From the NCBI GenBank assembly GCA_963675295.2, contig CAXXKJ010000002.1, positions 3,264,001 to 3,328,000 on the forward strand: DNA of 64,000 nucleotides, in the 5' to 3' direction. Positions 44,828 to 55,419 of this stretch are shown piece by piece. Below the pieces are notes generated by a model that worked only from the letters and a program-made list of their open reading frames with translations, searched no databases and was not told the origin of the DNA. Each line of letters begins with the position of its first letter. The stretch's first letter is position 1. This DNA is from a bacterium (GTDB lineage: Bacteria > Electryoneota > Electryoneia > Electryoneales > Electryoneaceae). Position numbers and translations under genes: made by a program.

Positions 44828-47800
44828 CTACCGCATCAGCACAACCTTCTGGGTCGAGTTCAACGGACCGGCGTTGACGCGCAGGAAGTACACACCGGAC
44901 GCGACGTTGTTCGCAGTCCAGTTCAGTATGTGCGCCCCGGCGTTCATTTTGCCGAGGTTCATCTTTGCGACCTGGCGGCCGAGGACGTCGTACACTGTCA
45001 TGTTGACATCGGCGGTGGAGGCCAGCGTCAGCGGAACCGCGACCGACGGGTTGAACGGATTCGGATAGGCTTCACCGATGCTGAATTCGAGCGGCAACTC
45101 GCCCGCTTCTTCCTCAACACCCAGCGCACCAGAATCAATCACCAGATCGTCCGCATACGCGGAACCCTGCAGGTAGACCGATTCGAGTTCGTAGGTGAAC
45201 TGGCCCGCACCCGGCAAGGTTTCCATCAGTGTATGGTCGGTGGTGGTCGCGATCAGGTTACCATCGCGATAGACGTTAAATTCGACCAGGCCGAGGGTAC
45301 CCACCGGTTCGTCATAGCCGAAGGTACCGCGCAGCATCAAGTCGCCCTCGTACGTTCCAGGCTGAATGAACTGGTCAAGCGCGGTCCAGACCGGATTCCC
45401 GGTGTTGAACAGGTCGGCATAGATCGAGCCACGGTTGTACTGTTCTTCGATACTGGTGTCAAAGTTGACGCCGTTGACGCCATTCACCAGCCACTCGAAC
45501 GCAAGCCAGATATCCGTGCCCGCCTCGAACGTCATCCGTTGCGGCATTTCGTAGGTGAACCAACCGGCTTCAGTGGCTTCCAGCGCTTCCGAGGTGTAGA
45601 TCACATCACCCGGAATCACATCGTCGCCGGTATCTTCCATCACCAGCAGACGGAATTCACCAAACGCAACGTTCTGGTTCAGACTGACTGAAATATCGTG
45701 CAGCGACGCATGTTGTTCCACGGTGAACTGCTGCGCGACGATCACGCCCGTCGGCACTGCGGCGGTCAAGGTGATGAAGTTTTCGCTCTCACCGTCATCG
45801 TACGCAATTTCGGTTGCACGAGACTGTTCCCACATCAGTTCGATGTCGAGATTCGGTTCGTTGATAATCGCGTAGCTGAAGAAGCTCGCAGGGGACGGAC
45901 TCGGGAAGTCCACGTCCACGGACGGGTTCAGCAGCGATTCGCCTTCGTTGTACACCGAAACCACTTCGTAGGTGTACGAACCGAAGTCCGGCATGTCATC
46001 ACTGTAGGTGGTGTTCGTCGTCGTACCAACCTCTTCACCATCACGCAGAATCATGTATTCGATGAAGCTCGGGCCACCATCATGATCCCAGCTGAGATCG
46101 GCGGTGCCGTCCGCGAAATTGGTCTCACCGGCGAGGTTGGTCACCGGGATACGCGGGTCATCTGGATCGATCGCGCCGGAAATGATCAGCGTGTAGCTTA
46201 CCGGAAGCGCCAGGATACCCTTGTGCGAAACCGTCACCTCGTAGTTGCCAGCGGGGACATCAGCGAGGAAAATCTGCTCGGTGTTATCAAGCACGTTGTC
46301 ACCGGTGGTCGCTTCCATGCCCGGGTTGTCCAGGCCACCAAGAATCCACGGGTAGTAAACGTCGTTGGTGCTGGTGTTGGTCAGGCGAATGTCCAGATCA
46401 TGAACCAGCATCGGGGTCTGGTCGTTGTTGCCCTGACTCTGGGCATGGTTCGGTTCATTCCAAATGATGGAAATCTTCAGCGGCTCACCCGGCAACGGAG
46501 CAAGTTCCTGGGTGAAGGTTTCGCCGTCGTTCAGAGTGAGTTCGCGAATCGCGATCGGAACCTGCGCACCCCAATCAATCAGCTGTGCAGCAGCCAGTGC
46601 ATTAATCAAGCCCCAGCCGTACATGTAGTCCGGGCCATCCCACGGACCGCATTCATCGGCGGTGTGCTGCACAATACCGCGCAACGTCGTCGACAGCGGC
46701 TCCATGCCAAACACGTTGAGGTAGTGAATGAACAGCAGGTTCAACGTGCCCGCCGCGGACGGCGAAGACATTGACGTACCGCTGATGGTCAGGTAATCGT
46801 TATCTGAATCGACGTCGGTTGAGGTCAGGTTGACACCGTTCGCGACAACGTTCGGTTTGATCCGGCCATCGTCCGTCGGGCCGAAGCTGCTGAAGTCTGC
46901 AATGCTGACTGAGTTCGGACCGTTGTATTCGAACACGTCGTTCACCGCACCGATGGCGAAGATGTTCTTACCAGCCGCACGATAGCCCATGCAATCGTAG
47001 CCATCGTCGCCGCCGTCCCGCTCGCGTGTCATCGTGCTGGTGCCGCCGGAGGAAAGACGGTGCAGACCGCCCGCGCCGGGACCGGTGTCGCCACGGTCAT
47101 TACCTGCGGATACGCAAACGGTCAGGTACGGATTGTCGTATGCCATGTCATCCCATTGGGCGGACAAGGAGTTGTAACGGCCGAATTCGCGGTCGAAGGT
47201 GTCGTTCGTGCCACCGTACCAGATCCAGGGAATGGATTGGCCGCTTTCGTATTCCCACCCGTTCGGCTGCCCGTAGGAATGGTTGGTGATACGAGTATTG
47301 CCATTGGTGGCCGCAGCAATCATTTCCGACGTATCACCCATCCAATCGTATTCGTCAAGGTACGTTTCGTAGCTCATGCCCTTCGCACCCGCAACCACAC
47401 CACCGGCAGCAATCGTACCGGACACGTGCATCGCGTGGTAGTGCATCGAAGAACCGTCCTGATTGAATGCACGCGGAATCCCCGTATTGTTGAATTCCTG
47501 GTGCGTTGAACGGATCGTACCAGCGTCCCAGACGGCGATGTAGTTGGTCCACACACCGGTCAGGTTGTAGCCGTAACCCGCACCCGGATAAAGCAGGTTT
47601 GTCCGTGCGGTCCTGGCTGCATTCGCGTTGTCGATCCGGTAGTAGATCGGGCGGCCGTCTTCGCCGAGTCCCATCAACTGGGTACCGTCAACCACATTGT
47701 CGACATACTGTTCCAGGCCGTTCTGCTTGACAAAGGCCCAGAATTCCGGTCCGCGCTGCAGCTCATACTGCCGTTCGACTTCGGCCTTCAGTTCCTGCAA

Positions 47801-47926
47801 GCCCTGATAATTGATTTCCGGACGGGCGAGTGCCGGTCCGGCAATCCAACTGACTGCAAGAACGATGACAAACACCGCGAAAGCGATTCGCAGTGTTGTG
47901 TTTCCGCGCTTCAACCAACCGTTCAT
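44828..47926 (-). CDS. S8 subtilase with Fn3-like domains and T9SS-type CTD
   Basis: AVWDAG (Asp), HAMHVSGT (His), SAGN, SGTSMS (Ser), DDGRIKP; AYPNPFNP...QKVVLMR. Confidence 0.93.
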   Translation of the reverse strand: MNGWLKRGNTTLRIAFAVFVIVLAVSWIAGPALARPEINYQGLQELKAEVERQYELQRGPEFWAFVKQNGLEQYVDNVVDGTQLMGLGEDGRPIYYRIDNANAARTARTNLLYPGAGYGYNLTGVWTNYIAVWDAGTIRSTHQEFNNTGIPRAFNQDGSSMHYHAMHVSGTIAAGGVVAGAKGMSYETYLDEYDWMGDTSEMIAAATNGNTRITNHSYGQPNGWEYESGQSIPWIWYGGTNDTFDREFGRYNSLSAQWDDMAYDNPYLTVCVSAGNDRGDTGPGAGGLHRLSSGGTSTMTRERDGGDDGYDCMGYRAAGKNIFAIGAVNDVFEYNGPNSVSIADFSSFGPTDDGRIKPNVVANGVNLTSTDVDSDNDYLTISGTSMSSPSAAGTLNLLFIHYLNVFGMEPLSTTLRGIVQHTADECGPWDGPDYMYGWGLINALAAAQLIDWGAQVPIAIRELTLNDGETFTQELAPLPGEPLKISIIWNEPNHAQSQGNNDQTPMLVHDLDIRLTNTSTNDVYYPWILGGLDNPGMEATTGDNVLDNTEQIFLADVPAGNYEVTVSHKGILALPVSYTLIISGAIDPDDPRIPVTNLAGETNFADGTADLSWDHDGGPSFIEYMILRDGEEVGTTTNTTYSDDMPDFGSYTYEVVSVYNEGESLLNPSVDVDFPSPSPASFFSYAIINEPNLDIELMWEQSRATEIAYDDGESENFITLTAAVPTGVIVAQQFTVEQHASLHDISVSLNQNVAFGEFRLLVMEDTGDDVIPGDVIYTSEALEATEAGWFTYEMPQRMTFEAGTDIWLAFEWLVNGVNGVNFDTSIEEQYNRGSIYADLFNTGNPVWTALDQFIQPGTYEGDLMLRGTFGYDEPVGTLGLVEFNVYRDGNLIATTTDHTLMETLPGAGQFTYELESVYLQGSAYADDLVIDSGALGVEEEAGELPLEFSIGEAYPNPFNPSVAVPLTLASTADVNMTVYDVLGRQVAKMNLGKMNAGAHILNWTANNVASGVYFLRVNAGPLNSTQKVVLMR

Positions 47927-48152
47927 GGCTCCACCACCATAGCTCGTTTGACAAATCGTAATCCCGTGCGACGGGAGTTAGCGTTTTTGAATGAAGTGAG
48001 TAAGATAACTCGAGACACAGGCGACAACCAATTGAGGAGGGCGCTGCTCGACCATTCCTTTCACTGAGAGTCCTCAATTCACAGCCAGCCGCGTCTCATG
48101 TCCCAGCGATATCTACTCTTAACTTGCACAAAAAATGCAGCCTCCGCAAATA

Positions 48153-48185
48153 CAAAACCGTCCGGAATGCATCCGGACGGTTTTG
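48153..48185. terminator. Bidirectional-type terminator
   Basis: CAAAACCGTCCGGA-ATGCA-TCCGGACGGTTTTG. Confidence 0.85.
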
Positions 48186-48210
48186 CTACTGCAGGGAGAA
48201 GCCCCGGTGA

Positions 48211-49059
48211 TCAGGGTCGGTGATGAGGGTGGAAGCCCCCATTGTTCAGGTTGATATAGAATTCGTCGCCGTTGTCCATCTCAACCAGAGCCCATTCGGT
48301 TCCGTCGAACGTGATGGTGGAGCCGACCTCGACGGTAACTGTTCGTGTGCTGTTTCCCATCGAGATTGTCTTCTCCATTTCGGTGTAGTGATGTACCTGA
48401 CCCGATAAAGGGTACGGGTACTCCTCATGGTCAACGTGCACGTTGACATCGTCCGACTGCCACTCGTGATGCGCTTCCCAGGTACGTTCCTGGTCTTCCC
48501 AGCGCCCAAGCATCCAGCCGGACTCATCCCGCACGCCGTCATCGTTGATCACGCGGATGGTATCGACGGCGAGAATGTTGGCCATATCCATCGTCGAGGC
48601 GAGATCAACACTGACTTCCCGGCGATCATCCTCGTGTCTGCCGGTCATGGTCAATTCGCGGTTCATTCGGACACTGGTTTCGGGATTATACACCTCGGAC
48701 GGATTGTTGTCGGCGTCGTAAAAAGACACGTCAATCGTCGTCGTGAACGGACCATGCGTAAAGGTCGTATCCCGCAGGTTGTTGAAATCGCGGCAGAAAT
48801 CGTCTGGATTGGCAGGATCTCCGCCCCCGGGGGTTTCCATCGGCGGAAGCGGGTTGTACATCGCCATCAAACCGTCCTCAGAATCCGACAACTCCAGGGC
48901 GATCGATTCGGCAATGATCGAGTAATCTTCGTCCGATGCTGCTGCGGTAGCTTCATCATTCGACAGCGGTGAGCTGGCGTCTTCGGAACAACCTGTAAAC
49001 AATGCGCTGAACGCGAATGCCGTTAGCAGGGTCAGGATCAGTACGGTACGGTGTTGCAT
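48211..49059 (-). CDS. Hypothetical beta-rich lipoprotein
   Basis: Lipobox LFTG-C; AGGAG RBS. Confidence 0.8.
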   Translation of the reverse strand: MQHRTVLILTLLTAFAFSALFTGCSEDASSPLSNDEATAAASDEDYSIIAESIALELSDSEDGLMAMYNPLPPMETPGGGDPANPDDFCRDFNNLRDTTFTHGPFTTTIDVSFYDADNNPSEVYNPETSVRMNRELTMTGRHEDDRREVSVDLASTMDMANILAVDTIRVINDDGVRDESGWMLGRWEDQERTWEAHHEWQSDDVNVHVDHEEYPYPLSGQVHHYTEMEKTISMGNSTRTVTVEVGSTITFDGTEWALVEMDNGDEFYINLNNGGFHPHHRP

Positions 49060-49180
49060 GCGTTTCTCCTTCGATTGGGGGTGAAAGAAAGTGATCGGTG
49101 TATCGAGAGCGCGTTTGTTCTAAAACGTGATAAACAAGCGAACGGGGCCAGCGCGCCAACCCCGTCCACTGTATGCGATG

Positions 49181-49789
49181 TCAACGGCCACGTCGTGTTC
49201 CGTACCCACCCTGTGGCGGGCACGAGCCGTTGAACCCCAGTCCCTGGCCGCACTGTCCTTGTTCGAATCCCTGGCGCACTCCGGCACGTCCACGCCCGCG
49301 GCCCTGGAAATCCCCGTCCTGCCGGGCGTTCCGGCGTTCCGCCTTGCGCACTGCCAGTTCGGCCCACTGATCATCGGTGAGGATGTTCTTCAGCTGTTCC
49401 TCGTGTGCGACGCGGTCCTTGTCCATCACGAGGTTCATCTCGCTGAGCTCCTTCTCGATCTGGCCGAGGCGGGCACGGTTGGCGTCCGGATCCTCAACCA
49501 GCGTCTGCATCTCTTCCATCAGCTCGAAGCGCTGCTGGTGCAGTTTGAAGTGCTTCAGCTGCATGTCCTTCTGCAGATCGAGGATCTGCGACATCTGCTC
49601 TTCACTCAGGTCAGGCAGTGCCATCAGGTTACCCATCCCGGGTCCCATGCCTCCGGCCACCGGTCCCTGGCCCATACCCGGCCCCATCCCACGGCCGCCC
49701 ATCGGCTGTGCGTTGGCGACGCTGAATCCGGTGAAAATGAACCCGGCGGTCATGGCCACCAGTACGAGAATCGTGCGAATGCGTTTCAT
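49181..49789 (-). CDS. Spy/CpxP-like periplasmic chaperone
   Basis: Signal peptide, Gly/Met-rich segment, LSEEQ...ILTDDQ motifs. Confidence 0.85.
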   Translation of the reverse strand: MKRIRTILVLVAMTAGFIFTGFSVANAQPMGGRGMGPGMGQGPVAGGMGPGMGNLMALPDLSEEQMSQILDLQKDMQLKHFKLHQQRFELMEEMQTLVEDPDANRARLGQIEKELSEMNLVMDKDRVAHEEQLKNILTDDQWAELAVRKAERRNARQDGDFQGRGRGRAGVRQGFEQGQCGQGLGFNGSCPPQGGYGTRRGR

Positions 49790-49855
49790 CAGAAAATCTC
49801 CTCTACTATCGCTATGTGAGTTTTGTTGTCAGGCTGTTTCGTGCCTCGTGTTATG

Positions 49856-49881
49856 GACGTCACGGCGCGGGGAAGGGTTTA
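49856..49881 (-). promoter_or_regulatory. Putative ECF sigma promoter
   Basis: Minus strand reads TAAACC-N16-CGTC upstream of the Spy-like gene. Confidence 0.55.
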
Positions 49882-49988
49882 ACGGCGAGAGCCTCCCTGT
49901 GGGGAGGTCAGCGGAATCGTTGAGAAATCAGGAGTCTATCAGAGGGATTACGCGGAACACTTCAGGTGTTGAGTGAAGGGGTGAACTC

Positions 49989-52949
49989 CTACTCCTCCTC
50001 GCCTTCGAGGAAGAAGAGGACGTCTTTCTTCAGACTTTCGTAACTGCTGTACACCTCCGGCTTGACCGGCAGCGACTGCACCATGATCCGGCCCCAGCGG
50101 GATTGCACCAGCCGTGGATCGCAGATCACCGCGACGCCATAGTCGTCAGTGCGGCGGATCAGGCGGCCCAGCCCCTGCCGCAAGCGAAGAATCGCTTCCG
50201 GCACGGTGTATTCGATGAACGGATTCCCACCCTCGGCCTTGATCTTCTCCGATCTCGCCTCCACCAGCGGATCGTTGGGCACATGAAACGGCAGCTTCGC
50301 GATGATCAGTAGTTCGAGCGAATCGCCGGGCACGTCGATCCCCTCCCAGAACGAGTCAACGCCGAACAGCACCGACGCCCGTTCGTTGCGGAAGCGGTCG
50401 AGCATCTCCGCCTGCGAGGAGCCCACACCTTGCGCAAACGTTGTCCAGCCCTGCCGTTCGAGAATCGGTGATGCCTGATCGTACGTATCCCCGAGCATTT
50501 TCTGGCTGGTGAACAGCACCAGCGTGCCGGCATCCAGATCGGTCGGCAGCCGGTGCGCCAGTTGGGCTAAACCTTGCACGAACTCGTCCACATTGCCCTT
50601 CGGCGTGCCGAGGTAATCGACCACGGCGATGAACATCTGGTCCCGCATATCAAACGGGGACGGATACACCACCCCGCGCGCCTCATGCAGGCCGAGCCGT
50701 TTGCGCATGAAGTCGAACGCGCCGTTCACCGTTAATGTCGCTGAGGTCAGCACCAGCGACTTCATCTTCGGGTACAGCGTGGTGTTGAGCACGACGCTGG
50801 CATCCAGCGGTGCCGAGTTGAGTGTCACTCCCGCGCGCGCGTCCTTACCGAGGTTGTACCAGAGGACGGTGTTTTCCGGCTCGGGACCGGTCAGCAGGCG
50901 GAACGCGTCTGCCATGCCCTTCATTTCGCCACGGATCGACTTGAGACGCGCGACGACGTCATTGCCGTCCACGATCGGGTCGTCAGCCTCGTCCAGAATG
51001 TCCAGCAGCTTGTCCAGTTCGCGCAGCAGTGTGGCGAACGCGCTCAGGTGCGCGTTGATCGCCGGTTGGATCGGTGCAAAGATGGTTTCGCCGCTTACAT
51101 ACCGCACCGCGCGGTTATAGTAATTGTTGTTGTTGTTCTTGTTCTTGCCGCTCTCATCCTCTTCCGCACGCAGGGTAAACAGGCTGTACAATTCGCCGTG
51201 GAAATGGTCGCCGGTGCGCAGCAGCGTGGTGATCGCGTCCACCAGCCGGTCGATCGGACCGGGCTCGTCGGCATCTTTCCGTTCGAGCGGAGTCTCCAGG
51301 ATCGGTTGCAACGCTCGCAGACCGAGCAGCAGGCCGGGCCGTTTCGCCGACGGGTCATGCAGCTGTAACAGCAGATTCCGCAGCGGCACGAAATGATAAT
51401 TCAGACCGAGGTGTTTCGCGGCGATGTCTTCGATGTGGTGCGCTTCGTCGATGATCAGCCGGTCGTATTCGCCAAGCACACCACCGTCACTGGCGAGATC
51501 GCTGAACAGCAGCGCGTGGTTGATCAGCACCACGTCCGCCGCCAATGCCGACATGCGGATCCGGTGCAGGAAACAGCCCTCGCTGCCACGGCAGACCCGG
51601 TTCGAACAGAACCCGGAGTCAGCGGACAGCCGTGGCCACAACCCACGCACCAGCGATTGCCGCACTCCCGGCGCTTCGCCAATGTCACCGGTCTTTGTCC
51701 GGTTCAACCAACGCACCATCGGCAATAACGCAACGCGCTCCTCGCCCTCAAGCGCGTCTGGTTCGGTCACCAGCGCATCGTAGCGCCGTTTGCAGATGTA
51801 ATTGCCACGTCCCTTGAGCAGAACAGCACGAACATCGCCGCCAAATGCCGCGGCGAGGTACGGCAGATCCTTGTCAAACAGCTGGTTCTGCAGATGACGG
51901 GTGTTGGTTGAGATAACCACCCGTCCCCGTTCAGCACGAGCATGCACCAGTGCCGGCAGCAGGTACGCCAGCGACTTGCCGGTGCCGGTGCCGGCTTCAC
52001 AGATCAGCCCACCGCCCTGTTCCATTGTCTCGTGGACATCCCACGCCATATCCACCTGGCCCTGTCGCACCTGGTAACCCGGCACCTGCTTCGCAATCGG
52101 CCCGTCTTCGCTGAAGAAATTGGCATACGTGTCGGCGTCCACCGTCTCCGGGTCCGGCGCTTTCTCCCGGTTGCCCGGCTCGCCGTTGAAATCACCGATA
52201 CGATTGTCGGACAGCTCCGCCGGTGTCCACACGCCCAGCGGTCCCGCACCGATGGCAAGCAAACCGTCGATCAGGGAGCCGAGGGTGAAGTTGGATGTGC
52301 CGAGGATGCGCAGCATCTCGCGCAGTTCACTCGGCGGCAGGCGCCGTGCGCGGGCGAGCAACGCCAGTAGCACCTGCCCGGTTGCGTCGGCGTCATCGGT
52401 CGCACGGTGGGCATTGGAGAGGTCGATGTCGAGCATCCGTGCCAACGCACCGAGCCCGAAGCGGTCGAATTCTATCGGGAATAAGGTTCGCGCGATGGTC
52501 AGCGTGTCGTACACATCCCCCGGCGGCGCCATCGGCGGGGTTTCCATCCGTCCGAGTTCGGCGTCGAGGTAGTTGAGGTCGAAGCGGACATTCTGCCCGA
52601 GGATCGGAGCATTGCCGAAGAAGTCAACGAGCTCCTGGGCGATCTCTTCGAACGGTTGTTCGTTGGCGAGGTCTTCATCCTTGATGCCGGTAAGCCGGGT
52701 AATGAACGCGGGTAACGGTTCGTCCACCTTGAGCAGACGGCTGTACCGGTCCGCCTCTGCCCCGCCCTCGAACTTGACCGCACCCACCTCAATCACACGG
52801 CAGGTCTTGAAATCGAGACCAGTGGTCTCCACGTCGAACGAGACAAACGTCGCCAGCCCAAGCCGGGCGAGCTCCTGTGGGGTCAGTGGGGATGGATCGG
52901 GCAGGTTCAGCGTTGTCTCCTCCTGGGGTTCTGGCTGGGTAGAATACAC
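49989..52949 (-). CDS. dinG: DnaQ-family exonuclease/DinG helicase fusion
   Basis: FDVETTG, HRATDDA; EAGTGTGKS, IDEAH, SAT, FWEGID, QGLGRLIR; Cys residues consistent with an Fe-S cluster. Confidence 0.92.
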   Translation of the reverse strand: MYSTQPEPQEETTLNLPDPSPLTPQELARLGLATFVSFDVETTGLDFKTCRVIEVGAVKFEGGAEADRYSRLLKVDEPLPAFITRLTGIKDEDLANEQPFEEIAQELVDFFGNAPILGQNVRFDLNYLDAELGRMETPPMAPPGDVYDTLTIARTLFPIEFDRFGLGALARMLDIDLSNAHRATDDADATGQVLLALLARARRLPPSELREMLRILGTSNFTLGSLIDGLLAIGAGPLGVWTPAELSDNRIGDFNGEPGNREKAPDPETVDADTYANFFSEDGPIAKQVPGYQVRQGQVDMAWDVHETMEQGGGLICEAGTGTGKSLAYLLPALVHARAERGRVVISTNTRHLQNQLFDKDLPYLAAAFGGDVRAVLLKGRGNYICKRRYDALVTEPDALEGEERVALLPMVRWLNRTKTGDIGEAPGVRQSLVRGLWPRLSADSGFCSNRVCRGSEGCFLHRIRMSALAADVVLINHALLFSDLASDGGVLGEYDRLIIDEAHHIEDIAAKHLGLNYHFVPLRNLLLQLHDPSAKRPGLLLGLRALQPILETPLERKDADEPGPIDRLVDAITTLLRTGDHFHGELYSLFTLRAEEDESGKNKNNNNNYYNRAVRYVSGETIFAPIQPAINAHLSAFATLLRELDKLLDILDEADDPIVDGNDVVARLKSIRGEMKGMADAFRLLTGPEPENTVLWYNLGKDARAGVTLNSAPLDASVVLNTTLYPKMKSLVLTSATLTVNGAFDFMRKRLGLHEARGVVYPSPFDMRDQMFIAVVDYLGTPKGNVDEFVQGLAQLAHRLPTDLDAGTLVLFTSQKMLGDTYDQASPILERQGWTTFAQGVGSSQAEMLDRFRNERASVLFGVDSFWEGIDVPGDSLELLIIAKLPFHVPNDPLVEARSEKIKAEGGNPFIEYTVPEAILRLRQGLGRLIRRTDDYGVAVICDPRLVQSRWGRIMVQSLPVKPEVYSSYESLKKDVLFFLEGEEE

Positions 52950-53146
52950 ATTTGTTTATCAGCAAGACAAGGGCTCACCGGGCATAAACGACCGGATTAC
53001 GCGTTGCCCACACTTCTGTACCTCGTCTCCTCGAGTCGCCTCAAGTATTCCTCGAAAATACCAAACCCTCTTGTAGATCGCTGCAGCAGCTTGTATAGTT
53101 AGGCGCTTCGAACTTTTCTCAAAACTAGTAGCTATTGGGGGTAATC

Positions 53147-55309
53147 ATGCGGTATTTCGTGGCAGTATTGTTGTTCCTGACGGTTACGGCCAACGCATTC
53201 GCTGACTGGGGGCATATCAAGGGACCCTTCTTCGGCCAGGTTGGCCGTATGGAGAGCCTTCCCTCAGGAGGATTGCTGCTGGCGACCAGTGGCGGCTTGT
53301 TCGCCTCCACCGATGGCGGCGACACGTGGTTTTTCACCGGCCTCGGTTCGATGGATGATCCCAACGCCGGCAATCTCGTTTCCTTTGACGCCTTCGAGGA
53401 TGAGGATGGGTCGGTTTACGTAGCCATGGAGGAGGTATTCGCGGGCACGACCGCGCTGAATGATTTTCACCGACTTCAGTTGCCGAATCCTGTCTACGGA
53501 GTGGAGTCAATCCTGAAATCCGACGGAACCTGGATTCTCGCCAGCGCGCTTGAGATCTGGCGTTCTGTTGACGATATGCAGAGTTTCACCGAGCCGTATG
53601 CCATCGCGCCAGTTTTCAACGATATCGTGTCTGTATTCGAAGATCCGTCCAACGGCACCCTGCTCGCGGATCTAACGAGCCCCGGCGGTACGTACTTCCT
53701 GCTCTCCATCGACAACGGGCAGACCTGGACCGAGCAGCAGATTACCGGTGTGTACGGCGAACTGTTCGATCCGCAGTTTGGCGCGGATGGGCTGCTGTAT
53801 TTTGGCAACAACTACCAGAACCAGGGTCATCTGCGGTACACGACGGATTATGGCGTCACCAACACCGAATTCTATGCGCCCGACGGAAATTACGAACTCC
53901 ACAGCCTGACACTTGGAGACAACGGCCGAATCGCCTGCGGGCGTCATCTGGGCTTGATTGTCTCAACCGACGGCGGTTCATCGTTCTCCAATGTCATCAA
54001 CGACGTCTACAGTCCGTCCGTGATTCAGTACCACAACGGTGAACTCTTTGCTGGGAACGCAGACGGCGTGCAAAAATCGAACGATGACGGCGGAACCTGG
54101 TCTCAGCAGAACGACGGTTTCATGGTTCAGGACATGGTGACCGCGAACATCGACACGGATGGCAATGCGTGGATCGCGGATTCCGGGCGCTTGTACAAGC
54201 AAACCGGCGATAGTTGGACGCTGGTTGACTTGCCGGGTGATGGCACACCCTACATCACCGAAATCGGTGTCGCCGGCAGCGGACGAGTACTCCTATTCGG
54301 GCGGGACAATGATGGAACCGTGCGGATTTTCTACACCGACAACGGCGGTGATACCTGGTCGGCGGCGACCGGTATAGACGCTTCCGACTACAACGACTTC
54401 TCACGACTGATCGAACCAGGTGATGGCAACCTGTACGTCGGCCATACCGCGTTCGGGCCGCTGGTGTCGGACGACAACGGCGCGTCGTGGTCAACCATCA
54501 ACGCGGACGGTGCCGGACAACTTGCGATCGCCGGTGATGGCACGATGTACGTATCGCATTGGTCCGGCTTGAAGAAGTCGGTTGACGGTGGTACGACATG
54601 GACCACAGTCAACGAAATCTCCTCCCCCGGGAACGTTGCCGCTTCCCCGGCGAGCGGAGCGGCGCTGGTGGCCAGTTGGTTGAATCTGATGCTGTACAAT
54701 CCGGACAACGATTCCTGGACTGAAATCGGCAACAACCTGAACTCCGCGCTGAACAACGCGTGGTATACGGAAATCACCAGCTACGGTTTCGACGAGGAAG
54801 GGGATATCTTCGCCGTGGTGGCGATCGACGATTTCGGCAGTGGCCGGAATTTCACTCGCGTACTGGTGTCCGAGGACAACGGTGCATCGTTCGTTGATGA
54901 AACCGGTGATGGTTACATCAACTTCTCGGTTGCGGAACAGATCCGGCGCAGCGGTCAGGGGATGATGCTGGCAATCACCAACATGGGCCTGTTCGGTGAA
55001 GACCTGCAGGCCGGAGTCGTGGAAAATGAAGCTGTCGCCGCGCCTCGTGAGTTCAGCCTCGAGCAGAACTACCCGAATCCGTTCAATCCGGAAACGACCA
55101 TCCGTTTCAGCGTCCCAGCCAGCGGGCAGGTCACGCTTGCGGTGTACGATCTGCTCGGACGTGAAGTCGCGCGCTTGGTGGATGAGATCGTTCCGGCCGG
55201 TTCACAATGGGTCATCTTCGATGGATCGCAGCTCAGCAGTGGTGTGTATTTCTACCAGTTGCGGGCGAACGGCCAATCAGCTGTGAACCGGATGGTTCTG
55301 CTGAAGTGA
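53147..55309 (+). CDS. BNR/Asp-box beta-propeller protein with T9SS-type CTD
   Basis: Repeated S/TxDxGxTW motifs; QNYPNPFNP...YDLLGR...RMVLLK. Confidence 0.88.
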   Translation: MRYFVAVLLFLTVTANAFADWGHIKGPFFGQVGRMESLPSGGLLLATSGGLFASTDGGDTWFFTGLGSMDDPNAGNLVSFDAFEDEDGSVYVAMEEVFAGTTALNDFHRLQLPNPVYGVESILKSDGTWILASALEIWRSVDDMQSFTEPYAIAPVFNDIVSVFEDPSNGTLLADLTSPGGTYFLLSIDNGQTWTEQQITGVYGELFDPQFGADGLLYFGNNYQNQGHLRYTTDYGVTNTEFYAPDGNYELHSLTLGDNGRIACGRHLGLIVSTDGGSSFSNVINDVYSPSVIQYHNGELFAGNADGVQKSNDDGGTWSQQNDGFMVQDMVTANIDTDGNAWIADSGRLYKQTGDSWTLVDLPGDGTPYITEIGVAGSGRVLLFGRDNDGTVRIFYTDNGGDTWSAATGIDASDYNDFSRLIEPGDGNLYVGHTAFGPLVSDDNGASWSTINADGAGQLAIAGDGTMYVSHWSGLKKSVDGGTTWTTVNEISSPGNVAASPASGAALVASWLNLMLYNPDNDSWTEIGNNLNSALNNAWYTEITSYGFDEEGDIFAVVAIDDFGSGRNFTRVLVSEDNGASFVDETGDGYINFSVAEQIRRSGQGMMLAITNMGLFGEDLQAGVVENEAVAAPREFSLEQNYPNPFNPETTIRFSVPASGQVTLAVYDLLGREVARLVDEIVPAGSQWVIFDGSQLSSGVYFYQLRANGQSAVNRMVLLK

Positions 55310-55345
55310 TCCGGGATGGTTCATCCACTCCAGGTTTTTGAACGT

Positions 55346-55379
55346 AAAAGTGGCCGTGTCTGAGTGCAGACACGGCCAC
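55346..55379 (-). terminator. Terminator of gcvPB with a core similar to the REP-like family
   Basis: AAAA-GTGGCCGTGTCTG-AGTG-CAGACACGGCCAC. Confidence 0.7.
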
Positions 55380-55419
55380 GACTGTCTTGTGACACGGAAA
55401 CGATCTTAGTCTTCCGGCG

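Noticed and set aside
51121-51147. AAC/AAG repeat in dinG as a phase-variation tract
   Set aside because: It is an imperfect trinucleotide repeat encoding an Asn/Lys loop; slippage would keep the frame.
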